From: the human T2T-CHM13v2.0 reference genome, Homo sapiens
Reading direction: 5' to 3' (one strand)
Length of the DNA: 64,000 nt
NCBI RefSeq assembly: GCF_009914755.1
Contig: NC_060928.1
Shown here: positions 11,903 through 25,427 of the stretch, piece after piece
Position numbering within the stretch: the stretch's first letter is position 1
Layout of the letters: every line of letters begins with the position of its first letter
Notes under the pieces: model-generated
What the model was told of the DNA's origin: nothing
Databases searched by the model: none
What the model saw: only the letters and a program-made list of their open reading frames with translations
Position numbers and translations under genes: made by a program

Positions 11903-12889
11903 TGAAAGTATCTTTGCAAAAATTACAACGGTGAAAAAAATCTGACCTAATCCACTCCATTTGCTCCTAACCTCCAAACTGCCCTGTTCATTCCTGCTGT
12001 TAGGCTGAGCCAACTATAGGAGGAATTTATAGTTTATAGTCTTCTGTTGTTTGTTTGTTTTTTTTTTTGTTTGTTTGTTGAGACACAGTCTGACTCTATT
12101 GCCCAGGCTGGTGTGCAGTGGCCTGCTCATGGCTCGCTCTAGCCTCTACATCTTGGGCTCAAGAGATCCCCCCACCTCAGCCTTCTGAGTAGTTGGGACT
12201 ACAGGCACACACCATCATGCCTGTCTCAAACTCCTGGGCTCAAGCAGTTGGACCGCCCCTGCCTCCCAGGGTGCTGGGATTACTGGAGTAAGCCTTCATG
12301 CTCGGCCCAGTTTATAATTTAACTTTAAAACAAAGATGATAACAGCCTTTGTCTAAAACAAGCCCCTTCATGCTTAGGGACCAGGCTGCCTTTGTAAAAC
12401 CAACAAATTAGCTACAAGATTAGATATTATGGCTCAGGAGTCATGCAGGCAGAGGTTATGAGATTCCTAATCTCCCTAATTCCTCCTATGGATAACATAA
12501 CTATTGTAAAACCTAAGATTGGTGTGGCGGATATTTTTTTAGACCCCGCATTCTGACGGACCAGCCGGTGCCACCCTGGTAAACTTGCTCATCCTGTCTT
12601 GTGGCCCCCACCCAGAAACTAAGCACAAGAAGACAAGCTCTGCCTCCCTGTGATTTCTTCCCTGACCTGTCCAGTCAGCACTCCCAATTTCCTAGCACCC
12701 TGACAGCTGAATTATCTTTAAAACCTCTGGCCTCTGAATTTTCAGGGAGACTAATTTGAGAAATAATAAAACTCGGTCTTTCATTTAGCTGTTCTATGTG
12801 TATTATACTCTTTCTCTACTGCAATTCTCCTGTCTTAATAAATTGGCTGTACTGGGCAACAGGCAAGATGAACCTATCAGGTGGTTACA
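11903..12889 (+). mobile_element. LTR8-family ERV1 solo LTR
   Basis: TGAAAGTATCTTTGCAAAAATTA ... CAGGTGGTTACA, with a perfect TTAC TSD (11899-11902, 12890-12893). Confidence 0.88.
12040..12307 (-). mobile_element. AluJ with central linker deleted, inside LTR8
   Basis: GGGCTCAAG J-type positions, linker absent (CATGCCTG joins TCTCAAACTCC), AGTTTATA on both flanks. Confidence 0.85.
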
Positions 12890-14382
12890 TTACTATCCAC
12901 CCATGTCTATTTAACCAATTCCTTTTATTAAATTATTTCTGTTAAAATAAAGATTGCTGTTTCTGTGTGCCTGCTTGGATCCTGACACACCCTAAGCCTC
13001 ACATAGTTAGCTTCTTTTTATCATCCCCTCAGACAAAAATATTACCTAATCTACAGTAACAACCCAGTCACTGTCTACCATAGCACCTATGGTGAATTAC
13101 ATTAGTAGGTTATTCTCTATTGAATATTTTGCTGGTCTGTTCTCTTGGTTGATTGGTTTTATCATCTCTATCTTTTCACAAGAATGAAGGCTATGTACTA
13201 GCAGAAATGCGGTTGCTTGTGTGTATGCACACTGTAATTAATGGTAGTGAGGGCAAAGTGATAATCATATGTTTCAAAATCCTAACAAAAATTTAGGATA
13301 GGTCATATTCAGCTTCTCTAACAGGGTTAGATCTTCTGAAAAATCAACTTAAATCTCAAGGCAGGCAAAAATATGGGGCCAAATAGTAAATCCTGAATTT
13401 CTCTAGCTTAGCATTTACCAAAGTATGTCTTAAATAGTAGTTTAGGAAATTACAGGTATAATACATTCATTTAGCAATTCAGAATGCACATTGTTTAGCA
13501 TGTATTAAATAATATAAGAAGTCTCATATTAAAAATTTTGTAATTAAAAAGGTTTTCTTCCTTACTTTGGTTCAGTTTCTTCAAAAACAGAACCCCTTAT
13601 AAAGTAAAACATTGGAATTGGAGGAAAATAATATTATACATTATTATGACTGTTAATAGTCTCTCAAAAATTTGTGTAAGTGCAAAATAAATTCATACTT
13701 ATACAAACAGTGCTTGTTCTTAGAATACAGTGTATAACAGAGCATGGATCAGATAGACTACATAATCGCTTAAAAGATAATTCTATCCGAAGCAATTCAA
13801 TTTTTTTTCTTACTTCAATCTAATAAGCTTGATAAGTATAAAATCTTCATTTCTCTATGGGTTGCAAAGACACAGCCTTAACTGACTCTTTATATAATCA
13901 TCACCAAGTAATTATATTCCAGGTGGATGCTTTGTGACTCTCCTTTGACCACAAATTAGTTTGCACAAAATGACACAAGTCATATTGTGTGGCAGCTTTT
14001 ATTACTGCGAGTCACTGACATGTAGCTGAGAACAATGAATATATTTTGAACAAGAATTGTGCTGTTATCTGGAAGGCCAAATGAAAACCTGCCCAGCCAC
14101 AAATGTTTAAATGATTATTTTAGACATATTTTTCTTGACTTCCCCTCTCTTCTCCATGGCAATGTAGTTAATTACCTGCAGCACTTTTACATATATTACG
14201 TGCTCATAAAATATTTTTCTTCCCGTTTTTTTCCCCCTTGATTAAGTAGAATTTACCTATGAAGTATCAATAATTAAATAAATAGCTCCAGGCTGGGGAT
14301 CATCATACTGAGCCCTTTCCTTACTTCAGATGTTATAAGACCGATTTGAGTACTTTACAAGACATTGGAGAATAAAGGAAGG

Positions 14383-14521
14383 AACTAATATTCTTCAAGA
14401 TTATCACAGGCAAAAAAGCCCTGAAACCTCAACTCTCGTTTTCAAAATAAGCAACTAATATTCTTCAAGATTATCATAGGCAAAAAAGGCCCTGAAACCT
14501 CCAGTCTGCTTTTCAAAATTA
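14383..14521. repeat. 70-bp tandem duplication (2 copies)
   Basis: AACTAATATTCTTCAAGATTATCA.AGGCAAAAAAG..CCTGAAACCTC..TTTTCAAAAT at 14383 and 14453. Confidence 0.92.
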
Positions 14522-17029
14522 GATATTTTATGAGCTCTATTTTTCTTGTATAGAAAAAAAAATCAACTAGTAATCCTTTTATAAATGCAAATTCTCAATA
14601 ATATATTCTGACATAGTAAAAACAAATTAATCATCACCCAAATAACTATTTAAATATCATATCATGGAAAAGAAAACATAAGATCAAATTGTATTTCTAA
14701 AAAATTTGCTAAAATTAAAAAAATAAATAAAAGCAACAAATGACCAGGATGTGGGTATGAGCACATAATAAGTGTCAACAACAAAGCAAATAAGTAAACA
14801 CAAAACTTTTTAGAATTATTACATTGAATTTAGATAGAAAGTTTTAATATCAATTATCTTACTGTTTGATGATATAAAAAAGTAATTTTTTTTTACTTAA
14901 GTGCATATTCAATTAAACACAGCTCACTGAAAATATTGGTGGAAATGAAGGATATTTATAATTTGAAAGTCGAACAAATTAAATAATGTTAAATAATACA
15001 GTACACACATTAGAAAATGCAAAGTCAACTTTAAAATCACAGTCATAACATCAGTTTAATATTTATGTGAAGAATAACATTGAACACATGACAAAGATGT
15101 GCATTAGCATCATATTTAGTGTAGACATGTAGAAATTAAAAATTAGAAAAAGTAAATGCCATATGGAATCAAAAGATGAATAAAGAATTCCACTGCTGTA
15201 ATTGTAAGTAAAAGTTCACTATTGTTGTCTATGTCCTCAAAATAAAAAAGAAAAATAAAAAGCGTGCTCTGAATATTTAATATATTTTTGTAACTCTGCA
15301 CAGTCTTTGCTAAACTGGGGTTCACAAATATTGATGGATCTTTTATAAATGTATGTTAAATCCTTTACCTCTGCATTTGAAAAATAATAATTTATAAGAA
15401 AGATACTTTATCATACTATCCTTTTTGTTTCTTTTATAAAATTATTATTTTTCAAATCTCAAGGTCTGGTATAATAGAACATACTGATGAAGACTATATT
15501 CCACTTTTATCTTTCCAAGTTAAAGTTTCCTTTTCAGTTCTTATCTAAAACTCTGAACATGACTGCATGTTTCTTATATGTATTGATTTCTTTCCTTGTT
15601 TTTCTTATATTTTAAAATTATTTGTTCTTTTCATTCCTTGATGCTATGACTCTTCTATACTCTTTTAAAACTTTTCTGCAAATGCATTATGTCTCTAAGT
15701 CATATAATGAGACAAATTTAACTTCCAGCTCTGTCACTGAATTAATAAGAGGATACAAGCAAAAGAATGCCGAGATTTCTTGCTGTAGAATTAGAAAGAG
15801 AACTATTCTTTTCTGCAACATTTTGGACCCCCTGATGTTCAGAGAGTAAGAATTTAAGAAGACAATAAAGGAGTTAATTGCAATAGTCAAGATGGGAAGT
15901 GATTAAAACATTTAATGGAACCATTTCATGATTGTATTCATTGTCACAGCACTGTTAAGTCTTATAAGCATCGTTTGTAAGACATGCATGAAAAATAAAA
16001 ATGCCTGGTTCAATATTTTATTTTAATTGCTTCCAACTTTAGTTTTCTAAAATATAACCACATGATGATTTGTAATGTATAGCATACATACTTTGTCTTG
16101 TCTTCAAAATTGTCTCTCCTGTGACTACTCATTCTGTTTGTACCTCACACCAACCAAGTTATAAGTTCATGGTAAACCAGAAAATAAATAAATGAATTAT
16201 ATCAAAACATTTCATGTGTAAGGGAAAGGAAAGAAAGGAACATTTAATCAAAGAGTTGAATAAAATGAAGGGAAAAGTTATGCAAGTAAACTAGGGAAAG
16301 AACTATAAGACCCTATGTTACTTCTGCTCAGAAAAACTTCAGGTAAAACATATTTTTAAAGTCCTATTAAGATGGTATTGAGTTTTTAATATTGACCTCT
16401 CTTAATATTATTCTGATGTGCACATGATGTTTTCTATGTCAGAGACAGAATTCTTATTACTTTGAGTATATAAGTGTGCCAGCTCCCCCTTGTTCAAGTA
16501 CTTATCTTTATTGTGACACAGTGAAAGCTAATGGGAATTTTTCCTATATGAGTATCCAGACACTGCAGAGGTAAGGGATAAGGAAAAACGATTTTTCCCT
16601 GCTTTTAAAGAAAAATGCATCTTTCTCCCTCTGCTCCTCAAATGGTCTCCAGGAGCCAGACAGCCCGATGTGTCTTTCCTTTTCTGACCTGAAGATGCTT
16701 TTGAGTTCTGGAGTTTCATTTCCTTTCACAATTAAATTCCTAGAGAAATAATGCCCCAGTCTCCCAGGCACCTTGGCGCTTAACTGAGGGACTAAGCCCA
16801 GAATGTAACCATTTGACTTTCTGGGGAAGATAAGTTTGATAACCTGTTTGGTGCAGAGCAATTAATTAGAAAAATGGCCAGCATATAATTCCAATGATAG
16901 AGGAAATGTTAATAAGAGAATTGAAAGCAAGCACTCTCTAACTTTAGAGCATATCTGTTTCTGTGGATTAGAAAGGTGGAGCTTTTTACAGGAAGACTGA
17001 GAAAAAAAAAAGTTTTTTTCTCCAGATGG

Positions 17030-17690
17030 TCAATTCAATTCAATGCAAAAACTATGGTCAAATTTCTGCAACAGCCACTATGACCAGTTTTCGGGGGCAT
17101 AAAACAAAGTGTTTGCCTTCAAGGTGTCTATAATTTCATAGCATCCTTGAAGAAAAAAAAACTCTCCAATATAAGACTGAACATACATACTTTAACAAAA
17201 ATAAGTTTATAGAACTGCATTTTGAAATTTAATAGGAGGAAGATATAGCATCAATCTGTAATAAACAGAAAATATTTGAAAAAAGTGATATTTGACATGG
17301 ATCTTAAATATTTCATAAAATTCAGGAAGGCAAATTTTCTAAAAGGGGTACATTCTAGATACAGCACTCTACATAGATAAATAAATTTTGTAAGAAATCA
17401 TAGTATAATACAATTTATATTATCTTGTTTTGACCCTTACTGGTCCAATTAACCTCCTATTTTTTATTCAATTTACTTGATCACAGTATATATTGTATGG
17501 ACACACAGTATGATATAAAATAAAACAGAATAAGTAAATAGAGTGATGTATTACATAGGATGATTCAAGATCTTCTTTGCTAGGGTAACATTGACTATTT
17601 GATGAAAACCCTAAATAAAATCAGTGAGAAAGCTATCTGAGTAACAAAGCAGAGGGTAACCGTGTACATAGACACACTAGAGACTTCACA
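17030..17690 (-). mobile_element. Degenerate L2 fragments
   Basis: CAATTCAATTCAA tail, TGCCTTCAAGG, GTGATATTTGACATGGATCTTAAA, GCAGAGGGTAACCG motifs. Confidence 0.45.
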
Positions 17691-17698
17691 TATATTAG

Positions 17699-18319
17699 TG
17701 CAGGGTCAAAGAGGGATCGCTTCTGCTCTGCCCACTGAAAATGAACTGACAATGAGCAGATTAATAGGAGGAAAAGATAAATTTATTAATGTGCACTTGG
17801 ACATGGGAGTCCTGCAAATATGAGACTCAAAGAAGTGTCAGATGACTGAAATTTTTATACCCTACAGAAAGGAATACAGGCTTGAAGCATGGCAACAGGT
17901 TGTGGGAGGGAGAGAGAACGAAAGACAAGGTGAGCAGAGAATGTCTTATTATGCATATGAAAATCTCCCAGGTAATCTCTGAGCTTCCCTAAGAGAGAAG
18001 AAATGGTAGCCTGTCATCAAAGTTTCTGTCAGACCTTTAAAAGTGTCTGACTTGTAGTGATTTTTTTGTTTGCTTTTGGTTTTTTTTTTGCCTGTGAGTT
18101 AATCCTTCCTAGATAGAGAAAAGGAAGATAAGGGTGTCCTCAGAGAAAGCCTATTTGTATCCACTGTTTATTTCCCTAATGTAGATTTCCTCTGCAGATG
18201 CCAATCCCTGCAAAAGACAGCTTTACAGGGCTATTCCTGTGTTTGCAGCAACTCTGAATAGCCATCTTGAAATATACCAAAGAAGTATATTTTGGGTTGG
18301 CATATTTTGGTTTCCTTCA
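17699..18319 (-). mobile_element. MER34/MER39-family ERV1 solo LTR
   Basis: CAGATTAATAGGAG..AAATTTATTAATGTGCAC..CAAAAGACAGCTTTACAGGGC..ATATTTTGGTTTCCTTCA. Confidence 0.7.
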
Positions 18320-18397
18320 CAAGCGAAAAAAGCCAGCTTTTGAACAAACATGATATGCACTCTGATGAATCTATACTGAAATAGATAGAGATAGTCT

Positions 18398-19250
18398 GTT
18401 TTTTCAACAGCTTTATTAAGATATAATTCACATATACTACAATTTACCCATTTAAAATGTATAATTCAATTTTTTTTGTATTTCACAAAGTTGTACATTA
18501 TCATCACAATCAAATATAGGACATTTTATTATCCCCAGAACAAATCCTGTGCCACTTAGTCATCAGTCGCCATCCTTCTCTGCCCTAGGCAACGACTAAT
18601 CTATGATCTGTCTTCATAGAACTGCCTATTCTGAATACATTGTGTAAGTGGAATTATACAAGAAGTTGCCCTTCTCAACTGACTTCCTTCACTTAGGACA
18701 ACGCTTTTAAGGTTAATTCATGTTGTAGTATATATTGGTACTTCAATTATCTTTCTTGATGAATAATATTTTGTTGTATGGATGTACTACATTTTATTTA
18801 TTCATTAATCAGTAGAGGGGCATTTGGACTATTTTAACCTATTGGTTATTACATATAATGCTGCTTTAAACATTGATTTATAAGTTTCTGTGTGAAAATA
18901 TGTTTTCACTATGCAGCTATATATCTTGGAGTGGAATGACGGATCACATGGTAACTCTAGGTTTAATTTTTTGAGAAACTGCTGGACTATTTTTTAATAT
19001 AAAGCCTGCACCACTCTACATTCCCACAAGCAGTCCATGAGGGTTCCAATTCCTCCATATCCTCAATCACATGTGGAATAAATTGTCGTTTTAATTATAG
19101 CCATCCTATTGGGTATGGAGTGGTTTCTTGTTGCTTTGAATTGTATCTGCCTCTTGGACAGTGATATTAACCATCTTTCATGTGCTTATTGACAATTTAC
19201 ATATTATCTTTGGAGAAATCTCTATTTGGATCCTTTGACTATTTTTTAAA
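18398..19250 (-). mobile_element. L1MB-type 3' fragment
   Basis: AACAGCTTTATTAAGATATAATTCACATA..CCCATTTAAAATGTA and following antisense L1 3' sequence. Confidence 0.85.
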
Positions 19251-20566
19251 ATTAAATTAAATTTAATTCTGTTTTATTGTGGTGAAAACATTTAAAATGA
19301 GATCTACTGTCTTACAATTTTTGGTGTATAATACATTATTGTGGACTCCAGGTACAATGTTATACAGCAGATCTCCAGACCTTATTCATCTTACTTGATT
19401 AAAAATGGATGCTCATTGATTAGTAACTCTAGAGTTCTTCCTCCCTAACCCCTGAAAACCACGCTGTGATTCTATGAATTTGAATATTTTAGATACTCAT
19501 ATAAATTGAATCATTCAGTATTTGTCTTTCTGTCACTTGGTTATTTCACTTAGCTTAATATCCTCAAAGTTCATCCACGTTGTTGCATATTAAAAAATTC
19601 CTTTTCATGTCTGAATAGTATTTCATTGTATGTACATACTACTTTTTTATATAGTATCTATCAATGAATATTTAGGCGGTTGAAGATCTTAGCTATTTTG
19701 AATATTGCTGCAGCGAACATAGGAGTGCTAATATCTCTTCAAAATCCTAACATTAATTCTTTAGAAGAATACCTAGAAGTGACAATCATATGGCAGATCT
19801 ATATTTAATTTAAAAATATAAACAGAAAACATCATATTCTTTTTCATAGCAGTGAAAAATTTTGCATTTCCACAAGCAGTGTGCAAGGATTCTAATATTT
19901 CCACAATCTCACCAACACTTATATTTTGTTTCTTTTCTATTAGTAGCCAGCCTCATAAGTGTGAGATGATATATCGTTGTGGTTTTGATGTGTATTATTT
20001 TGTGGTTAGTAATGTTGGCCATCTTTTTACATTCTTGCTGTATATACTTCTCTGGAGAAATGTCTATTCAAGTTCTGTGCCCACTTTTAAATCAGATTAT
20101 TTAGGGGTATTTGTTAGTTTGCTTGTTTTGCTATTGAGATGTGTTTGTTATACATTTTGGAAATCAATCCCTTATTAGATACATGGTTTGCAAATATTTC
20201 TCCATAAGAATCCTTTTCACTCTTTTTTTTTTAAGTTTTTTTTTTAGTTTAATGACATTTTATTTGTTTATTTTTGTTTTCATTGCCTGTGCTTTTAGTG
20301 TCATGTTTATAAAATTATTGCCAAGAGCAATGTCACGAAACTATTCCACTATGTTTATTATACAAGTTTTATAATATGGGCTATTATGTTTAACTTTTTA
20401 ATTTATTTTGAACTGATTTTTGTGTATGGTGTAATATAAGGGTCTGATTTCATTCTTTTAAATGTGGATATTCAGCTTTTCAAACATCCTTTTTTGAAGG
20501 CACTATCCTTTTTTCATTGTATATTCTTGCTTACTTCTTGAAGATCAATTGACTATATATGCATAG

Positions 20567-20947
<381 letters not shown>

Positions 20948-21076
20948 ACTTCAGCTTTTGAATATACTGTGAAATCAGGAAGTGTGATAATTTCAGCTTT
21001 GTTCTTTCTCCAGATTGATTGGCTATTTGTATTTTTTACAGTTCTTGTGGATTTTAAATTCTTTTCTACTTTCTTT

Positions 21077-21440
<364 letters not shown>

Positions 21441-22490
21441 TAGAATGAATATTAATAATATTAAGTCTTCTAATCCTTGAACATTGGAGTTTTTCATTTG
21501 TTTGTGCCTTATTTAATGTCGTTCATCAATGTTTTGCAGTTTTTAATATACAGTCTTTCATCTTCTTACTTAAGTTTATTTTGAGGTATTTTAGCTCATT
21601 TGATTGTAAATTAAATTGTTATCCTAATTTCCTTTTCAGGTCATTGTTAGTGTGTAGAAATACAACTCATTATTTTATGTTATTTTTCTATCTTGCAACC
21701 TTATTGAATCATTTATTAGTCCTAAATTCAAGCCACATACTAATTCCATTCTGTGAAACTCTCATACTGCTCCAATTATTTCCTTATTGGTGAAAAATGC
21801 TACAACAAATATTATACATATAATTTCACACATGTGTATAAAAAACATTCACACATATCTATGAGAAACATTCCTAAAAGTTGAATTAGTAGGTTCAAAG
21901 GCATGCACATTTTACATTTAAATATGCTATTTTAAAATGAAAAACACGTCATATTAACAAAAGTTATCATTTAACTATGTAAAACAAAATAAATACAAAT
22001 TATTATTTTTGCTTGTTCATATTTATTTTTATTTTATTTTCCTAATAAATATATTTCTGGTATAAAGTTCTCTAGCAATATTAAATCCTATTAAATTTAC
22101 TTATACAATACTTGTTTAAAATTTCAAATCCCAAACTCTTATTAATTTTACAAGCTGTTCTGGAAAGAAAAGTTTATGATCATCTACGTTTTTCTGGAAA
22201 ATGCATATTTTCATCTCCTTTAAAAGATACGAATCCTGAGCTCTGATAAATTCTTTAAGAAACCTGTTCAAATGTATTTAATCTGGCACTTGTCAAATGT
22301 GTTTGACAATGATTAACATCCTTTTAAAAAGCGTTCCTTGGGACACGTGTGCTAATACTAGAAAATGAAATATGCTAGACCATTTTCTAATCTTAATTTG
22401 AAACTTATTGCACCTCAGTCACTGGGCATACAAATGTGCAAATATGTCTTGTCCTCAAGGCTTAACGGTTCTTTCCAAATTCAAAGGAAA

Positions 22491-22810
<320 letters not shown>

Positions 22811-23499
22811 TCATAAAGATAAGAACTCAATTAAAAGCCAAATAAACCAAAATAACCTCCTATTTATTAAATCATATTTGTTGATTCTAAGTATCCGTGT
22901 ATTTCCCAACTTTACCTTTCTGATTTTTTCCATCATTTTTTCCTAATAATAATAATAATTACTATTATTCAGTGGAACATGAAAACAAAATTACTGTTTT
23001 TATACACATAAAATCCATGGTCATTTAATTATCATCATGCAAGAGGGAGCTCAGTAATAAGATTGAGTATATATTGTCTTCTGTTTAATTATAGAGGAAG
23101 AATATCATGGATGTCAGACATATTGTACAAGGAGAAGAAAAGTAGTAGCATTTGGGACAATCCATTATCAAAAATTCAACATTTTAATAAATAGTATGCT
23201 CCTAATAAAAACATTTAAAATGTGTTTTATAATATTTTTCTGAATATTTATTGGCTAATGTAACAGCTCATCATCAAGATATAAATTAAAATTTTCTTGG
23301 GAAAAAATAATTATGAGTTTTTATAAGAATTAATATTAATGAAAGAAGTGATAATGTTACTTCCCTGTAAGGACACATCATCCACAGGCAATTCAGTTAA
23401 GGTCCTGCTTCTGGATAGGAATGTGAAACAGACCGTATCTCTTCAATGAACACAACAATACTAGATGACTTACTGTAATACTGGGAAAGAAGGTGAGAA

Positions 23500-23850
23500 A
23501 GTGGTCCCAGAGAACCAGAGAACAGAAGTGAAGGCATTTTAAAGAAAGAGGGGACTGGTATTTGAACAATGCAGTAAAAAGATTTTGGGTGAAACAATGA
23601 CCAGGAAACACTTTATGGTTTTGTAGTTAGTTTACAGAGAAGAAAATCACAAGGTAACTGACATAAAGGTTTGAGTATAGGATTATATGAACGATTATGC
23701 CCAGCTGTTCATCATTTTCACAAATTTCAGTATAAGAAGAAATGGACTTTCATTGAAGCAAGAGGGACTAAGATTTTATGGAAGACAGAATGAATAGACA
23801 GCAGGTTTTAAAACTTGATATATGTTGCAAGGGACATTGTGCAACTAAGT
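23500..23850 (+). mobile_element. L3/CR1 fragment
   Basis: CAGCTGTTCATCA..AGAAGAAATGGACTTTCATTGAAGCAAGAGGGACTAAG resembles the CR1 3' region. Confidence 0.45.
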
Positions 23851-24074
23851 GCAGCAGTCTATATGTGATAGAGAAGTTTAGAAAAAGAGAAATTACTTTG
23901 CATTGGAGCAAACAAGAAAGACTTTACATGGGCCTTCAAACGTGAACTGAATTGTGTACTAAAGGATTATCTGAGAGTATTACTGAAATCAGAATTATTA
24001 GGAAGGAAATAAAACATAAGAAAATATTTAGAATTTGTACTAATATTAATCTATCAGTTTTATATCTGAATAAC

Positions 24075-24330
24075 TTCCAGAAATTTTTATGCAGCAAGCA
24101 CTGTTTTAAATAATTTGCATATATTAAGTCATTTAATTGTCATTTAATTCTCACAAAAGTGTTCTGAAGCTAGTCAGGTCTTATATTATCATCACTTTGA
24201 AAACGAGAAAACTTAAACACAGAGACAATAGCAGATTGACTGACTATGTCATAGGACTGCTAAGTCACTGAACTCAGTTTTAAATACTGGTAGTTTGGTT
24301 TCAGAGACCAAGACCTTAACCACATTGTGT
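24075..24330 (-). mobile_element. MIR
   Basis: CATTTAATTCTCACAA..GAGAAAACTTAAACACAGAGA..CTTAACCAC. Confidence 0.75.
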
Positions 24331-25029
24331 TCCCTTTCCCAAAATCACACATGCCTACATCCACATACCAAATTTGATATGCCAACTCCAGAATATCGAG
24401 TTTCCTTCATGATAATTTCCAATTTAAGAATGTCTTTGTCGTTCAATGAATATAATTATTTTAAATAATGAAAGACACATGCATTTGTTTTCTGTTTTTT
24501 TTTCAAAAGAATCTCTCGTAAAAGTTCTTCAGAGATTAAAAAGCAGCTGAAACTGAATTCAAACTTTTATTCTTACAGCAAAAGCAGTAAGATTATTAAG
24601 AGAAGGGTAAAAGTGACATAAACATGTTTCTTTCTTTACCACTTTCTTTTATCCCATACATACAAGTATGCTTTTGGCTCTAAGTATGTTTGCAAGTGTG
24701 CATTTATATGCATGTGTGTGTGTGTGTGTGTGTAGTTAGTTTAGACAGTTTACCTTTTCTTTACTTATTTTTAAGCTATAGACCCATAACTTCCACGATC
24801 ACTTAGTTTTCAGTTTGTCATACAAACTCAGTTTAACCCCTTGGTGTCTAGTTAATATATGATGCTCGAAAAAATGATATTAGAGTAGACATTGTACCTG
24901 ATCATGTAAATTAATGGTGCAGAGTGAGACAGCATTTATTGACTATTTGATACTGGCACAGATTATATTCGGACTCAATAGAAACTTCCTTGACTGTGCA
25001 TCTTGACATGGTTATTTGATTTTGCCTTT

Positions 25030-25427
25030 TAGCTTTAGTTCTTTTGTGCTGCTATAACAGAATTCCTGAAACTGGGTAATTTATAAAGAATGTAAATTTA
25101 TTGGTTCATGGTTCTGGAGACTGGGAAGTCCAACAGCATAGAGCTGGCATCTGGTGAGGACCTTCTTATGTGTCATTCCATGGTGGAAGATGGAAGGTCA
25201 AAAGAGGGTAAGAGTGAGAGAGAGCAAGAGGAAGTCATACTCACTTTTAAAATAAATCCACTCCTGGGATAATGTATTCATTTCCATGATAATGAGATTA
25301 TTTCATACATGAGGATGGAGCCCTCGTGACCTACACACCTCCCATTAGGATCCACTTCTCAACACTGTTGTCATGGGGATTAAGTTTACAACACATTAAA
25401 TTTGGGGGACACATTCAAAACAAAGCA
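25030..25427 (-). mobile_element. MSTC/D-like MaLR solo LTR
   Basis: TGTGCTGCTATAACAGAAT..CTGGGTAATTTATAAAGAA..TTTGGGGGACACATTCAAAACAAAGCA. Confidence 0.85.

Larger units (their letters stand above)
5993..12989 (+). mobile_element. LTR41/LTR33-like ERVL LTR split into pieces (5993-6333, 11651-11902, 12890-12989)
   Basis: Starts TGTACCAGTTATTAAATT..CCATCCTTCTGTGTTCTGCT. Middle CCTTAAGGGTGGTAGCTG. End AACCAATTCCTTTTATTAAATT..GTTTCTGTGTGCCTGCTTGGATCCTGAC. Confidence 0.6.
4990..13215 (+). mobile_element. L2 LINE split into pieces (~4990-5375, ~5785-5992, ~12990-13215)
   Basis: L2 motifs CTGATAACTCAAAATTATATCTCC..TATCCAATTGTC..CATCTCAAAATTAA, TTTCTCAAACATACCAA, and 3' part CACAAGAATGAAGGGCTATG, in collinear order. 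Confidence 0.6.

Noticed and set aside
14530-15500. Possible ancient hAT transposon remnant (also 36640-37432)
   Set aside because: No paired TIRs or transposase motif I can confirm; needs a Dfam search.
24129-24151. Micro tandem duplications of 10-22 bp (also ~34583, ~53237, ~53475) and (TG)n at ~24713
   Set aside because: Ordinary slippage products.
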